From NCBI GenBank assembly GCA_030324005.1, contig JARDVH010000121.1, forward strand, positions 47,359,189 through 47,423,188: a DNA stretch of 64,000 nt, read 5' to 3'. This DNA comes from Negaprion brevirostris (lineage: Eukaryota). Positions 1 through 13,489 of the stretch are shown one piece after another. The translations under genes were made by a program, and so were the position numbers. The first letter of the stretch is position 1; each line of letters starts with the position of its first letter. The notes under the pieces are model-generated. The model was not told the origin of the DNA. It did not search any database and worked only from the letters and a program-made list of their open reading frames with translations.

Positions 1-1250
1 TGCCAAGGAAGAGAGAGAGAAAGAAGCCAGTCATCAGGGAGGGGGAAAACAAAAAGAGAGGAGCCGTTAATGAATCGGGGTCAGGTCAGGACCAACAGGG
101 TAAGGGTTCCACCTGATAACATTAAACTGTTAACGGCCGATGGGGGAATCATAACAGAATAATTCCACTTTTTAATTCTAAGTTATGCAATTGAAAGTTA
201 TCACTTCATTTTTTTCCCCTAGCAAAAACGACAACCAGATTCTCAGTTATCAATGTCCACAGATAGGATTAACAAACAGTTGAATTAACTTATTTAAACC
301 CCAAATCAAATCTGTTTTCTAGTTCTGTTTATATATTAAGGTGTAATATTAGTAACCCATCATTCCTACGACAATATTGCGGAAACTTTGGTAGAGGGTA
401 AGATAAAGTTCACAGAAGTATAAGTTGCTTCGAAAATGGTTAAACACCTTGATTTTTTTTAGTCACTCGATTGTATCAGTAAAACTGCAATCAGGCTTTG
501 AGGTGTGATTGCTTTCAATGTAATATAGAGTATGAACTGAGCTCGTTTTTACTTTTCCGTAAGAGTCTTTAGACTTGCATTCAGATTGCTGTAATGAAAT
601 TTGCAATGCAATGAAGGACTTCCTTTTGCAAGAAAAGGAAAGGATGGATTGCTAATTTAAAATCAAACATGCAAAAACGAGCAGGTTTCTTTTGGAGTAT
701 TTTGTAAGGTCAAATGATTCACCCCAGGTGAGTATTGTCAAAACTTATATAGTTGTAACTAAGCTTAAAATTAGTTACAATCATACTATGGTTATGGCAC
801 AGAAGGAGGTAATTTGGTCTCTTATGCTGGCTCTCAACAAGTATAACTCCCTTGGGTCCCATTCCCCCACCCTTTCCCTGTGGTGCGGCAATTTTTTGTC
901 TATTTAGATCATTATCTAATTCCCTTTTCAAGTTACAATTGAATATACCTCCATCAGGTTCTCAGGCAGTGCAGTCCAGATCCTTTAAAAGATCTTTCTT
1001 GGTGTCTCCTTTGGACCTTTTGCTCTGCAGCTTGAATCAGCATCCTCTGCTGACTTTTCCTTTAACATTTTCTCCCTATCTGCTCTGTCCAGACCCCTTA
1101 TGATTTTGAGCAACTCATTTGGCAGCCAGTGGCCAAAGTAGCTGGGACTCCCGAGCCTTTGGAATGGGCTGGTTCACACTTGGCGACCCGAGGCTCTAGT
1201 TTCCAGGGCTGACTGGGAGACAGGCAGGTACGACGAGAGAGGAGAGCCAG

Positions 1251-1382
1251 CTCTGACGAAGGGAATTGAGACTTGAAATTTTAGCTCTGTTTTCCACAGA
1301 TGCTGTCAGACTTGCTGAGATCTTCCAGTATTTTCTGATTTCGTTTCAGATTCCAACACTTGCTGTAATTTGCTTTTATCTT
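1251..1382 (+). mobile_element. 3' terminal fragment of a Penelope-like element with hammerhead-like motif
   Basis: CTGACGA-agggaattgagactt-GAAA followed by cagatgctgtcagacttgctgag...ttcagattccaacacttgc. The same tail ends the GIY-YIG-bearing copy at 3232-4310. Confidence 0.7.
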
Positions 1383-1569
1383 GAGGAAAACTAGTTCTAG
1401 TACTGACTCTCAGCAATCTCCACTAATACAAATAATCCCAATCACCAGTGTTTCCTGTCCCTCAGCTACTTAACCACTACTTTTGTTGGAAATGCTCATT
1501 GCATGACACTTGTGTGGTGTGAATTTCATATGCCACTTAACAGCCCAGGGTTGAATGTTCTCCAGGTCT

Positions 1570-1838
1570 TTATGCAGGCATGGACTGCTTCATTGTCTGA
1601 GGAGCTGTGAATGGAATTGAACACTGTGTAGCCATCAACCCACATTCTCTCTTCTGATGGAAGGAATGTAATTGATGAAGCAGCTGAAGATGGTTGGGGT
1701 CTGAGACACTGGAGAACTCCTGAGAAATGTCCCAGGGCTCAGGTGATTGGCCTCCAACAATGACAACCATCTCTGTTTGTGTGAGGTATAACTCCAGCCA
1801 GTTTATCTCCTGACTCCTAATTTTATTCAAGCACCTCA
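1570..1838 (-). mobile_element. CR1/L2-type LINE reverse transcriptase fragment
   Basis: Frameshifted VVIVGGQSPEPWDIS, equivalent to the GVPQGSVLGP region. Confidence 0.65.
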
Positions 1839-1840
1839 CG

Positions 1841-1977
1841 CTCTAACAAAGGGTCATTAGACTCGAAATGTTGGCTCTACTGTCTCTCCACAGATGCTGT
1901 CAGAACTGCTGAGGTTTTCCAGTATTTTTCTGTTTTTGTTTTAGATTGCAGCATCCGCAGTATTTTGCGTTTATCTT
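1841..1977 (+). mobile_element. 3' terminal fragment of a Penelope-like element with degenerate hammerhead
   Basis: ctaacaaagggtcattagactcgaaa...cagatgctgtcagaactgctgaggttttccag, same family as 1251-1382. Confidence 0.7.
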
Positions 1978-2439
1978 GATTCTATACTTGATGTCAGTGG
2001 CAGCCACTTTCAGTTCACGTTAAATCCCTTAGTTGCCTTCACTCCCGCAATTTATTTGCAACTTCACCTTCAAAGTCCCTGATAGATTTTTTACATTTGG
2101 CTTTTTTGCCCTCCATTAATCACAGCATTTCTACAGTTTCAATTTGCTCAACCACAGCCTCACGTCTACCTCCAAGGTCTTGTCTCCGTTAAAACCATCA
2201 CTCTCACGATGACCATTCCATCTGGTCAGACCCCCATCTCTGCTTCCTTAAGTGCAAGGGATCCAGACAAAATGGATCTGGTGGATAACAACCATTGACC
2301 ATCAGATATGGCTGGACATGTAAAGCACCATCAGGTTTTGCTGTTAGCTACTAAAACTGTTCACTGTTCCAGGGTCAACCTGCAATGCAATGGTAATGCT
2401 TGGTTTATTTTCTCAACTACAAATTGTTGTCTTAAGATC

Positions 2440-2965
2440 ATAAAACATTGAAGCAAATATAGGCCATTCAGTCCATTGAGTCTGTTTCCCCATTCAATGA
2501 GAGCATTATTAACATAGAACACTACAGCACAAACAGGCCCTTCGGCCCGCAAGTTGCGCCGACCATATCCATACCTACCAGGCCACAGAACTATCTGTAA
2601 CTCCCAATCCCATTAAATCCCATGCACTCATCCAGAAGTCTTTTAAAAGACCCCAGCGAGTTTGCCTCTACCACCACTGACGGCAGCCGATTCCACTCAC
2701 TCNNNNNNNNNNNNNNNNNNNNNNNNNNNNNNNNNNNNNNNNNNNNNNGAGAAACAACTTTTCAATATCAACCCTGCCAAGCGCACCCCCACCCCTGAGA
2801 ATCCTATATGTCCCTCATTCTTCTAAACTCTAACAAGTGCAGACCCAACTTCTCCTCATTAGAAAATCCCTCCATACTCAGGATCAACCTAGTGACCGCT
2901 CTCTGGACTGTGTCCAATGCCAATGTATCTTTGTTTAGATAAAGAAGACAAAAACTGTTCACACT
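2440..2965 (-). mobile_element. Nested CR1 LINE 3' ends
   Basis: Tails aggccattcagtcc and aacatagaac...aggcccttcggccc, plus ORF2 C-terminal remnants at about 2760-2960. Contains an N gap. Confidence 0.65.
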
Positions 2966-3231
2966 GTCTCCTCCTCATTTCCAACAACTAGTGCAAAGAG
3001 CCTACATATTTCTTTTATTAATACTGACACCAATCAGCTGTCTCTGCCACTCCCCCCTACATTTCTATAACTCACTAACACCAAATTTTGTTGAAAGCTC
3101 ACTCCTGCCCTAAGCCCTCAACTAATCTCTCCTATCTCTTCTCACACCTTCTCTGAGCTGATCTTGTGCATGAGACTAATCTCTTCTCTAGATTCTTCTC
3201 CCACTAAGCTACTGACGACCCAACTTTTCTA

Positions 3232-4310
3232 AAAAGCAACAAACTGTGGATGCTGGAATCTGAAACTGAATGAGAAAATTGGAAGAATTCAGCAGGTCTG
3301 GCAGCATCTGTAAGGAGAGAAAACAGTTAATGCTTTGAGTCCCCATGATGATTCTTCAGAACTAAAGAGAGGGAAAAATGTGATTATATACAAGAGGGGG
3401 TAGAACAGTTGGGACAGTGATTACTGGTTTCTGTGAGAGATTGTAACAAAACCTAAGAACAAGTGACAGATGACCTGCTGGGGAAGGGAGAGGATTTTCG
3501 CATAGCAAGAAAAAAAATGCTTAGGATATGCAAAAAAGGGAAAGATAGAAAAGAGGACACAATCTAAAGTTGTTGAACATGATGTCAAGTCTGAGGGCTA
3601 TAACATTCATAATCGGAAGATAAGGAGCTCCGCTAGTTTGCGTTTGGTTTCATGAGAGCATTGCAGCAGCCAACGAGGAATATGTAGGCATGCAAACACA
3701 ATGCTGAGCTGAATGGCAAGCAAGAGGATGGTTGGGATCATGCTGGCAGGCATAGCAAAATTGTTCCGTAAAGTGGTCACCCAGTCTGTGTTTAGTCTCT
3801 TCAATGTAGAGAAGACTGCTATGGAAGCAACAAGTAAAATAGATCAAATTGAAGGTGGTGCAAGTGAAATGTTGCTCTGCCTGAATGAGGTGCTTGGGAC
3901 CTTGAACAATGAGGAGGGAGGACATAAAGGGGCAGGTGTTTGTTGCACCTTCTGTGATTGGAAGGGAAGGTGCTGTGGGAAGGGGATGAGGAGTTTGGTG
4001 TGATGGAGGAATGGATCAGGATGTAACAGAGGGACTATCCCTCTGCTTCCCTGCACCTTCCCTTGCAGAATGTTGGCCGGGAGGTGAAGGAAAAATGTAT
4101 TTTATGGTGGTATCATGCTGGATTTGGCAGAGCATAGCCCTTTGAATGCTGAGGCTGGTGGGATGGAAAGTGAGGACAAGCAGGACCCTATCATGGTTAT
4201 GGGAAGGAGGGGAAGAGGTGAGGGCAGAGGTGCAGGAAAAGGGTCAAACTCTGAGTGTCCTGTAAACCACAAGGTGGGGGAAACCTTGAAAAGCACAGAT
4301 ATGTCAGAAG
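3232..4310 (-). mobile_element. Decayed Penelope-like retroelement (GIY-YIG endonuclease end plus 3' tail)
   Basis: ORF 3650-3925 has HFTCTTFNLIYFTCCFHSSLLYIEETKHRLGDHFTEQ, the GIY-YIG pattern FTC...VYC...YIGET.RRL..RF.EH. The tail cagatgctgccagacctgctga lies at about 3240-3365. Confidence 0.85.
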
Positions 4311-4329
4311 CACCATTTCTTTCTTTCCA

Positions 4330-5840
4330 ACATTCCTCCTTGTTTCCTTATTAGCAGATCTTGTTAACGTTTCTCTACCCTCAGGTACTACGCCCTCTCC
4401 TTCAATCATGGTGTCACCACCCTTGCTTAAAAAAAAATTGACACCTCCATTCTGGCAAATTACTGCCTCATCTCCAACCTCCCTTTCCTATTTAAAGTTC
4501 TTGAACATGTTCTTACATCTCACATTTGTATTTGTGTTTCCTGGAATTCCGTGTGTTAGGAAACTGAGATTGCTTCTATTTACTTAAAAATACATTTAAT
4601 TAATTTATTTTTGTTTTTGTGCGCATTAAAAATAAGATATATCTTTAAGTTTAAGCTTAATTTGTACTTCTGTATTTTGTGCCAAGAAAGTGTTAAAACC
4701 TCAGTTTTTGCTTTATGTAAAAAAAAGTCTGTAGGGGTTATAATGAGGTTTTACAATGATAGAGCAATTATGGGGTTTTAAAAAATAAAACTAGGCAGCT
4801 GCTTAACAATCAGAAGCCCACTCAGGAAAACAGAAACTGTTCATACAGTTGCAAGTAGGTTACCTAGGAAATTTCCCAGAAAACTGCTAGAATAGGCAGG
4901 ACAATGCAGAAGGACAGAGCACAAGGCCCAAATTAAAGAACAGGACATCCCAGAAACCAGGAAATTGGGCAGAAGAGTTCCATGAAGACTGTGAAGTCAA
5001 GGGGTCAAAGAATAGGACTCTGGAAAAAGGGTTCTGTTTACTGAACTTAGAAATTAAAGCAAGATGCAGAAAAAGGGCTCTGAAGTAGAGATAGCTACAG
5101 GAAGCAGATATAAAATTGGCTTGTGAGAAGCCAGATATCCGGTGATCAAAAGATTGATGCCACCTTAATACATCGTGTGAAGCTGTTGGCATGAGAGATT
5201 GTGTGGAAACATGACTGCAAGTGATGACCAGGGCACAGGAATACTGGACTGAAAGTTTGAAACCCTGGAAATGGATCCTTGGTGAAGCTGAGAGGAGGTC
5301 TGAAGGTGTGTTTTTTGAGAGTGGAGTTTGGAAACCCTCATGTTAAAGTCAGAGTTCCAGTATGACCAATTAGTTCATAGTGTGACGAGCGTCTGGATGG
5401 AATTGATGAAAAATCTGCAGTTGATTGGGTGGCATCAGTCACGTTATTTCAGAGCGTAAAGTGTCTGACCACATTTTACCTATTGGTTTACATGAACTGT
5501 GTACTTACTGAGAACATTAGAGTATAAAATAAATTGTTTAACTTGTTATTCTTACAAATCTGTCTATCTTGAAAAGTATAACTGGGTGAAAAGTAGTGTA
5601 CTATGTCAAACTTTTCTTGTTTAAAGAATGTTTTATTTTATTACAAGTTCCATGGTAGTCCTGTGAATCTGTTCATCCATGTATCTAAACAAAAAAATAA
5701 AATTTAGGATCTATCAAGCCAGATTGTTCTGTAATAACATCACCTGGGATTGTAATACATGTTTGAATCCCATCAATCAAATTTGTCCTCGCCACTGTAT
5801 CAAAGTAGCTCTTATCCAAGTCAGAAATGACTTCCACATT
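4330..5840 (+). mobile_element. L2-type LINE RT fragment split by a solo LTR (pieces about 4330-4553 and 5758-5840)
   Basis: LADLVNVSLPSGT...PLLKKK..., resuming after the insertion with tgtttgaatcc...gctcttatccaagtcagaaatgac (the FES.QSGF...ALxKV.ND region). Confidence 0.7.
4554..5757 (+). mobile_element. Solo LTR, about 1.2 kb, same family as 52099-53311
   Basis: Starts TGTTAGGAA and is flanked by a possible 4-bp TSD (cgtg/catg). It shares blocks such as atgaactgtgtacttactgaga and aaacaaaaaataaaa.ttaggatctat.aagccag with 52099-53311. Confidence 0.7.
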
Positions 5841-5879
5841 GTAATATAACAGCTAGTCATACAGTGATACTGTCACTCG

Positions 5880-8700
5880 GTTGAGAGTTGTGAACAAAGG
5901 TTGCGTAACAACATGGCAAATTGAATAGAGTATTCATGTGAGTTATTTCCAGTCCAAAACATCACAAAGATGGCAAAATGCTGGGATTCAAACCCATACG
6001 TGCAAAGCAAACGGGCTTAGATCAACTTCAAGAGTATGGCATCAAAACGAAACAAGATAAGTGTTACTTCATGGTGTCAAGTGTAATATACCTGGGTTAA
6101 CAAATGGCTGTTGAAGATATCCATTCACCCTAGGACAAGGTTGAAGACATTTTGAAGGCAGAGACCAGAGAGCAATACACAACAATTCCAATGAATGTCC
6201 TAAGTTCCTCCCTGACTTAGCTAATATATTTCCCCCATTATATCAACTGTCCAAAGATTAAATAACTTGGGAGTGATCTGTAGAGTGCCAGACGGCAATT
6301 GAAGAAGTGAATTAATTACTGAATAACGATGCCGTTTCGGCCCACAGTGATTCTAAGTAACAACTGGTTTTAGCACATGATACCTCACCCCAAGGGTTTG
6401 TATCCACTTCATGTTTGTTAACAAAACCACAGCAATATTACTGAAACTGGGAAAGAGGCATTAGTCATCATATATGTTATAAAGTTACGCAAGTGCCTGT
6501 ATGGTAGGAAATTCACTTTGTTAACTGACACCCTAGCCCTGACAATGAACCTGCAGAATAAATCTAAATCTTCTACCACCTGCAATCCAGATCTAAGGTT
6601 ATCCTTGTAACTGAACTACAGTATGCAGACAATGCTTGCATCTGTGCACATTCGGAGACAGAGCTCCAAGCCATCGCCAACACCTTGTATGAAAGCATAG
6701 GCCTTACGCTAAACATTCATAAGACAGAGATGCTCTACCAAACTGCCCCCAGTTATCAAAATTCGCAGTAACCTTGCACAATGTGGACCATTTTCTATAT
6801 TTTGTCTACGCTTTGACACTAGGCTCCCATCAACAACAAAGTTCAACACCACCTTCAGTGTGCCAACGTAGCTTGGGTTGCCTGAGGAAGAGTGGTTTGA
6901 AGGCAAGCTCTCATAGCTGGCACCAAACTCGTGGTCTTCAGAGCAGTATTGATACCCATCCTATATGTCTCAGAGACATGGACTATGCAGCAGGCATCTC
7001 AAAACCCCAAAGATGTATCAATAGCTCTGCTTCTGCACAATCCTACAAATCCATTGGCAGGAGAATTTCACAATATCAGTGTTTTTGCCCAGCCCAACAT
7101 CCCCAGCATTGAAGCATTGACCACACTCAATCAGGTCCGCTGGGCGGGCCACAACGTCTGGAATGCCTCACAGAAGATTCCCAAGAAAAGCATTCGACTC
7201 GGATCTTCAATACAGCTAGCAAACGCCTGGAGGGTAGAGGAATTGCTTCAAAGACACTCTCAAAATCTTCTTGAAAAAGTGTGACATCTCCACTAATACC
7301 TGGGGACAAATTTATTGGAGTTCTATGAGGATGTGTCTCAGGCGGTGGATAGAGGAGAACCGGTGGATGTGGTCTTTCTTGNNNNNNNNNNNNNNNNNNN
7401 NNNNNNNNNNNNNNNNNNNNNNNNNNNNNNNNNNNNNNNNNNNNNNNNNNNNNNNNNNNNNNNNNNNNNNNNNNNNNNNNNGGGATGAGCCAGAGAAGCC
7501 TGAGCAATTTGGTTCAAAGAAACCTCTAGTGGCAGCACAGCTATAAGTTGTTTACTTTTATGACCCATCAGTATGATATTCAATATCATAAGTCAGCAGA
7601 TCATGCTATGTGGATGTTCTCTGAGATTTCTCATGAAAACATCAGGTTGCTGGTGAATTACTTTACGTACAGAAATGTCAGTGTCTATCTGAGAAATTAG
7701 TGAAGAAACTCACAGGGATCTTATGCTCAATTATGTCATGAATGGCTGGCATGAACAGTAATGCAATGGGAAACAGGAATATTTCACACATAGAAATGAA
7801 CTGAGTGTTGATTAAGTGTTTCATTTGGGTTTAAGATTCATTATTCCACCAAAAGTTTAGAGAGGGATTGTTAGAGGAACTACATCAAGACCACACAAAT
7901 AGTCTATATGAAAACAGTAGCAAAAAGCCATAGGATATCAGAGATATTGAAGAATTTGTGAAAAGTTGTGCATTATTTTCTCTACATTCAGTGGTCAAAT
8001 ACAAGAAAATCATGGGAACAAGTACATATCAATTTTGTGGAAGTGGAAGAGAAAGAGTACCTTGTTTTGGTCAATAATCATAACAGCTGGATAAAGTTTG
8101 AATTTATACAAATGCCAAAACTATGAGGTTTTGAGAAGCTGTTTGCAATTTATGGGTTGCTAAAAATGTTAATGTCAGACAATGGCCCAAGAGTTTACCT
8201 CAAAGGAGTTTGAAATATTTTGGAGTAAAAATCGAGTCAATCACACTCTCATAACACCATTTCACCTTGCGTCCAATGCTGCTGCAAAAAGAAGTGTACA
8301 AATTGTGAAGAGATCTTTGCAACATATTTGCTATGTGCTAAGTTAGGCAGTGATTTCTATATTACCCTTTGACAGAAGTTTGATAATTTTATGTTTTCTT
8401 GTAGAATAACCCCACAGATTACAACTGGTTGCTCACCTTACAAGTTATTGGTCAAACAAGCTCCAATGACAAAAGTTTAGTTTGTTTAAGCCTGATGTCA
8501 GTGGCAAATTAAGCAAAAGGCTAGACAAAGTGAAACTGAAACTTAGATGGTTCAATGCTATTAGGTCATTGTGAAAAACAGATGCATTGGTAAAGAGAAG
8601 TATGGGATTGGATTTGCTGTAAGGAGACTAGGTGCATTCATGTATCTAGTAAAGATTGGAGGAAGACTCCATTGATGTCATGTAGATAATTTGTTTAAAA
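5880..8700 (+). mobile_element. Heavily decayed Ty3/Gypsy pol relic (RT, RNaseH, integrase), interrupted by an RTE LINE and a gap
   Basis: RT remnant K.DKCYFMVSSVIYLG near 6050, RNaseH remnant YGRKFTLLTD near 6500, integrase SDNGP near 8175 and PFHLASNAAAKRSVQIVK near 8257. Confidence 0.75.
6545..7300 (+). mobile_element. RTE-clade LINE RT fragment
   Basis: gaactacagtatgcagacaatgct encodes ELQYADNA (YADD-like). ORF 6931-7284 has VFRAVLIPILYVSETWT...IPSIEAL...QVRWAGH. Confidence 0.8.
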
Positions 8701-8839
8701 GAGAAATTTAGACAAAAGGAGAGCATAACCCTCCTCTTTGTCCAAATTTCTCCTGCAGCCCAAAGTAAAAGTCAGGGAGTCACAAAGAAAATTAAAGTTT
8801 GCCAATATCTCAGAATGCACCAGTACAGCAAAGCAACCA

Positions 8840-10293
8840 ACGTAGGTCTGTCCTAAGTTTTTTAGATTTTGTAGGCCTCTTGCACAAACTCAAACTTTGA
8901 CTGTAGTAAGCGTTACTTCCTAGTAAGAGGTTCTAAATTCATAACGTTTTCAATCACACAAGTGCTTTGTTGAAAGAGATGAAGATGTTACCAAAGCTTC
9001 CCATACTGGAACATTTTGTAGGAAATGTTCTTTCGCCCAATCCAGATTTATGGCAACTTTCTTTAAGGACACAAAGCACATTTCCACTTCCCCCTGTCCT
9101 CTCACCAACTTAAGGTACTAAGTGCAAATTTTTCATCATATTAAACTAAAGCGGAGTTCTGTCTGAGTCATCTTAGCTTCTTGTCAACTCAGTTCATATA
9201 ATCAGAACTCATATTCCCTTTTGAGTTTTTTCATCTCTCGCCTATCTATCTCTTTCCACTCAGACAACCTTGGTTCTAATTCTTTTTCAATTCTCTCCAG
9301 TTGCCAGTGGAATGGTTCCTTTCTTCCTCAAGTTCCAGATGCCTACAATTAATTCTTAGCTTCTGATTTTACATTAATTCCCACATGTTGAGCAAGAGTT
9401 TATGAATCATCTTGTCATAATTGTTCTAAAATTCTGAGAATCTGATCCTCTCCTTGTTACTCATGTTGTTTTCCCAAAGCAATAGAGCAAAAGCAAACAT
9501 AAAATGACATTTATTTAAATGCAGGAAGTTCCAGTGAACCTATTTCAGTCTCTGGGTTCATATCCCAGATTCAGGCTACCATGGGGAAAACCATAAACCA
9601 AAATGACCAAATTTACTGCATGACCCCCATATGCAGAAATTACCAACAAGATTCCACTTTTTGTACTTTTCACTTGAGCACAAATCAGAACCAATGCAAA
9701 TTAAATGAATTAATAGGCAAATGATATTTCAATTAAAAAGGTAACTTTCACTTTTATTAGTTCATACAACAAAGATACAGCTAATACCATTGCAAGCACC
9801 CTATCTCTCTCTGCACAACTGTAACACTACACAATTGCACAGTATTCATGCAGGGTGGGCTAGAAGTCCTATCCAACGACAGCTTTCACCTCTGAGTTTC
9901 ACATCAGCAAAGCACATTTCCATAAACCTTCTCTCCCTCAGGCTGTAATGGTGTAACTTTCTAGAGTTCCTTTTCAACTGAGCAACCAGTAATACTGTTG
10001 TTCAGAGTTTGGCCAGTTCTGGGAAAATAGCCAGCTGTTTAGTACCTTTGAGCTATTCATAATGTTTTCAAGTTTTAGTGCTTTAAAAAATCACTCTCGC
10101 AATACCTCCAGGAGCTCCTGTATCTTTTTCTGCCAAATAGAAAAACTAAACTCTTCCTGAGAGAGATTTGCTTCTTCTCCTTACAAGAATTCTGTGTTCC
10201 TCTTCCTGTTTTTGCTTTCTCTTTGCGTAAACATTTACAACTCTCAGAAATTCACTGCCATTTAATGCTCAATTGAGAATTGTTTGGCAGTGT
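8840..10293 (-). mobile_element. LTR-retroelement 5' portion: probable LTR (about 9580-10293) plus decayed gag
   Basis: Zinc-knuckle-like remnant near 8990-9015 on minus, a purine-rich coiled-coil-like gag segment, PBS-like tggtagcc near 9573-9581 and an LTR-like block with AATAAA on minus. Confidence 0.45.
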
Positions 10294-11340
10294 ACAGGAC
10301 TTCCATCATCCTTGCAAGGAAGTCCCAGCTTTGGCCAGAAGAGGTACTGCTGAACTCTGGCTGGAACTAAATCCCAGGACTGTTCCCAAGGTTAAGTTCT
10401 GAGGGGAATAGTTGGGAATGCCCTGGGGCGATTGCAGCACTGAGGGTGGGAGGGGGAGGGGGGAGAGGGAAGGAAGAGCTGGATATTCTATATTCTGGGG
10501 GAGAGGGCACCCCAAATCTGAAAGGGCCTCTCGATTGAGGCAGCCTCTCCCTTTCTGGTCCATGATTGAGAAAAGCTGAAAAACTGATTGCCTGCTCATT
10601 TTGCCATGCAACCTAAAGATTGCACAGGCCATGCAATTGTCTAGGCAATAGGGCTAATAATCCCTTCAATTGGCTCCATAATTGTTGATGGACACGACGC
10701 CTATCTGTGCCTGTGCCTGCCAACCAAAATATCGTATGGGATGCCTGATACCATCACATGCTATTTTACACTCTTCTGGAGTGGACATGCACCCACCCTG
10801 CATATATAAAACTCTGCATTTTGTGTGTGATCTTTAGCACCGAATCCCTTCAGCTTCCAGCTCCTCCTTTGTGTATGCAGTTGTCCTTTATGAATGCTTT
10901 CATATGTTAACTTCCTGTTAACTAACTGATTCCAAGTGGGACCAGTATGTCCGATTATCTANNNNNNNNNNNNNNNNNNNNNNNNNNNNNNNNNNNNNNN
11001 NNNNNNNNNNNNNNNNNNNNNNNNNNNNNNNNNNNNNNNNNNNNNNNNNNNNNNNNNNNNNNNNNNNNNNNNNNNNNNNNNNNNNNNNNNNNNNNNNNNN
11101 NNNNNNNNNNNNNNNNNNNNNNNNNNNNNNNNNNNNNNNNNNNNNNNNNNNNNNNNNNNNNNNNNNNNNNNNNNNNNNNNNNNNNNNNNNNNNNNNNNNN
11201 NNNNNNNNNNNNNNNNNNNNNNNNNNNNNNNNNNNNNNNNNNNNNNNNNNNNNNNNNNNNNNNNNNNNNNNNNNNNNNNNNNNNNNNNNNNNNNNNNNNN
11301 NNNNNNNNNNNNNNNNNNNNNNNNNNNNNNNNNNNNNNNN

Positions 11341-11510
11341 CAGCCAATAGAACACAACATGAAGCAAAAAAAACACATAGGACAAGATGGGGGCAGAGGT
11401 TATGATCTAAAGTTGTTGAACTCAATACTGAACCCAAAGGCTGTAATGTGCTCAGACTAAAGAGGAGGTGCTGCTCCTCAATCTTGTGTAGAGTTTTACT
11501 GGAACACTGC
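11341..11510 (-). mobile_element. Penelope-like element fragment (C-terminus of GIY-YIG ORF)
   Basis: KIEEQHLLFSLSTLQPLG; homologous to 3540-3670 (shared ctaaagttgttgaac). Confidence 0.7.
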
Positions 11511-11571
11511 ATGCTATTGTACATTTTGATAAGTAACCTTGATAAAAGTTGGGGGGGGGAGCAGGAAATGT

Positions 11572-11760
11572 GGGGGTTAGTTCAATTAACCTGACAGTTA
11601 GCTTGTGGAGCAGATTAATTCCAATAGCATGGTGTTTGACCCCTGTTCCAGCTGAGGTGGTCTGGGAACCTACCTCCTTGACCTACCAGTATTAAATCAC
11701 ACTACTTTGCCGTGGTTTAGTGAATAATTACCAAGGAACTGCCTTTGGCCAGCGAACCCA
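11572..11760 (+). mobile_element. Decayed tRNA-headed SINE, probably related to 57165-57350
   Basis: gggttagttcaatt... A-box-like start and tttgacccctgttccagctgaggt B-box-like region. Confidence 0.4.
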
Positions 11761-11929
11761 AGTAGAAGCTTAATGAGATTTTAAAAATTCTTGTGGCTAT
11801 CAGTAGTTTTTTTTAAACTTGGGGCAGAGTGTAGTTTGTTGTAAGAGCTGATCATATTGTGTATCATTGTGCAAGTTATTTCTAGTCCATTACACCATAC
11901 AAGTTTCTATGACAATGCTAAACTTGCCC

Positions 11930-12230
11930 CATTGTGACTCTTGACCTTTCTTCAATCTTTGACATGATTTATAACAACATCCTCTTCTAACTCTTCTCCA
12001 CCATCACTCAGCTGGGTGAATCTGCTCTCAACTGGGTTTTTTTCTATCTATCTGATCAAAGCCATGGAATTGCTTGCAATGGCTTCTCTGCTCACCCCCA
12101 CACATATACCTCTGGAGTCCCCAAGGATTCTGCCCCTCCTATTTCTCATCAACATGCTGAGCTTGATTACATCATCTGGAAACAAATTGTCAGTTTCTAC
12201 ATGTATGCTAACAATACCCAACTCTACCTC
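11930..12230 (+). mobile_element. L2 LINE RT fragment
   Basis: cttgacctttcttcaatctttgaca (LDLS..FD), ggagtcccccaagga-like GVPQG and atgtatgctaacaatacccaactctac (YADDTQLY-like). Confidence 0.7.
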
Positions 12231-13489
12231 ACTGTCAAGGATTTGCCTGGCAGCAAAAGTAACTAGAATTTTAAAAGGCCTGAAAGTTAGAAATCTGCCT
12301 GGCAACAGTAACTGCCAGCATTTCCAGGGGCAGGAAGCCTCTAAAAGGCATGAAAGCATCTAAGGATGAAGGGGTGTGAATTGCTTTAGGAGTAGAAACA
12401 GATTACTTAGATGACTGCTATAGAAATTTTAAGCTTCCCAAGCAGAAATAACTTAAATGATTGAGTGAGTTCAAGGCAATAGAAATGCTAAACTCCATGA
12501 AAGGAAAGAATTCCAGAGTGGGTTGTGGTTGGTTACAGACTCAATGGGCCAAAGGGCTTCCTTCTATACTGTAGGGATTCTATGGATTGGTGAGTGAATG
12601 GAATCGGCTGCCGTCAGTGGTGGTGGAGGCGAACTCGCTGGGGTCTTTTAAAAGACTTCTGGANNNNNNNNNNNNNNNNNNNNNNNNNNNNNNNNNNNNN
12701 NNNNNNNNNNNNNNNNNNNNNNNNNNNNNNNNNNNNNNNNNNNNNNNNNNNNNNNNNNNNNNNGTTGATGTGATCGGCGCAACTCGTGGGCCGAAGGGCC
12801 TGTTTGTGCTGTAGTGTTCTATGTTCTATGTTCTATAAGTAGACAGCCGACTCTTGAATTTGAAATAACAAAAGGAAAAACAGTATAACTGTTACCCCCA
12901 CCCCGACTCTCCCCCTCAGAAGCAGACAAGAGAGCCCAAACCCCATAGCCAAAGGCCAGTCCAAAACTCAGAGCCAGGAGGCTTGGATCCATTTCACAGC
13001 CAAGGGGTCCTGTAACATTGTTTACTTCTTAGATTCTATAGTTTGCATCTAAGTCTGCAGGAAAGCTTCGTAAAAGCAGTTTGAATATTTTTGCTGGACC
13101 AGGAAAAGATGTTTTCCCAGAATTGATCATTAGTCCTGTATTGTGTGGTAACTATGAGCTAGTTTGAGTTAGAATTATTTAATTTGGATGTTGTTTGGGA
13201 AAAGGGAGTCTTAGGGAGTTCAGGAATCATCAATATATTTTAGAACAAGGTATTATTTCTATATAAACTATGTGTTTGTGTGTGTGTGGGTGTGTGGTTA
13301 TTTATGTACTTAAGTGTCTTAAAAGTATTGTAGTCCTTTTATGTTTTTTTTGTTAATAAAAATTCTTTAATAATATTTATATAATGATTGGTGGTGGTGT
13401 GCTGCCTTTTACCTCTGTGGACTATGTGTGTAATTCCAAGTTAGGATGGTGTATGCTTAGAGGAGAACTTGCAGGTAATGCCTCTTGGG

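Noticed and set aside
10918-11524. Long ORFs full of X (also near 7127-7589, 12587, 14294, 20811-21256, 31007-31417, 53508)
   Set aside because: They are open only because they cross N assembly gaps.
12817-12836. Short tandem repeats (ttctatg)n, also (agaacat)n near 53487 and (tg)n near 13270, as a possible array
   Set aside because: These are CR1 3' tail microsatellites or simple repeats. There is no repeat-spacer structure and no CRISPR.
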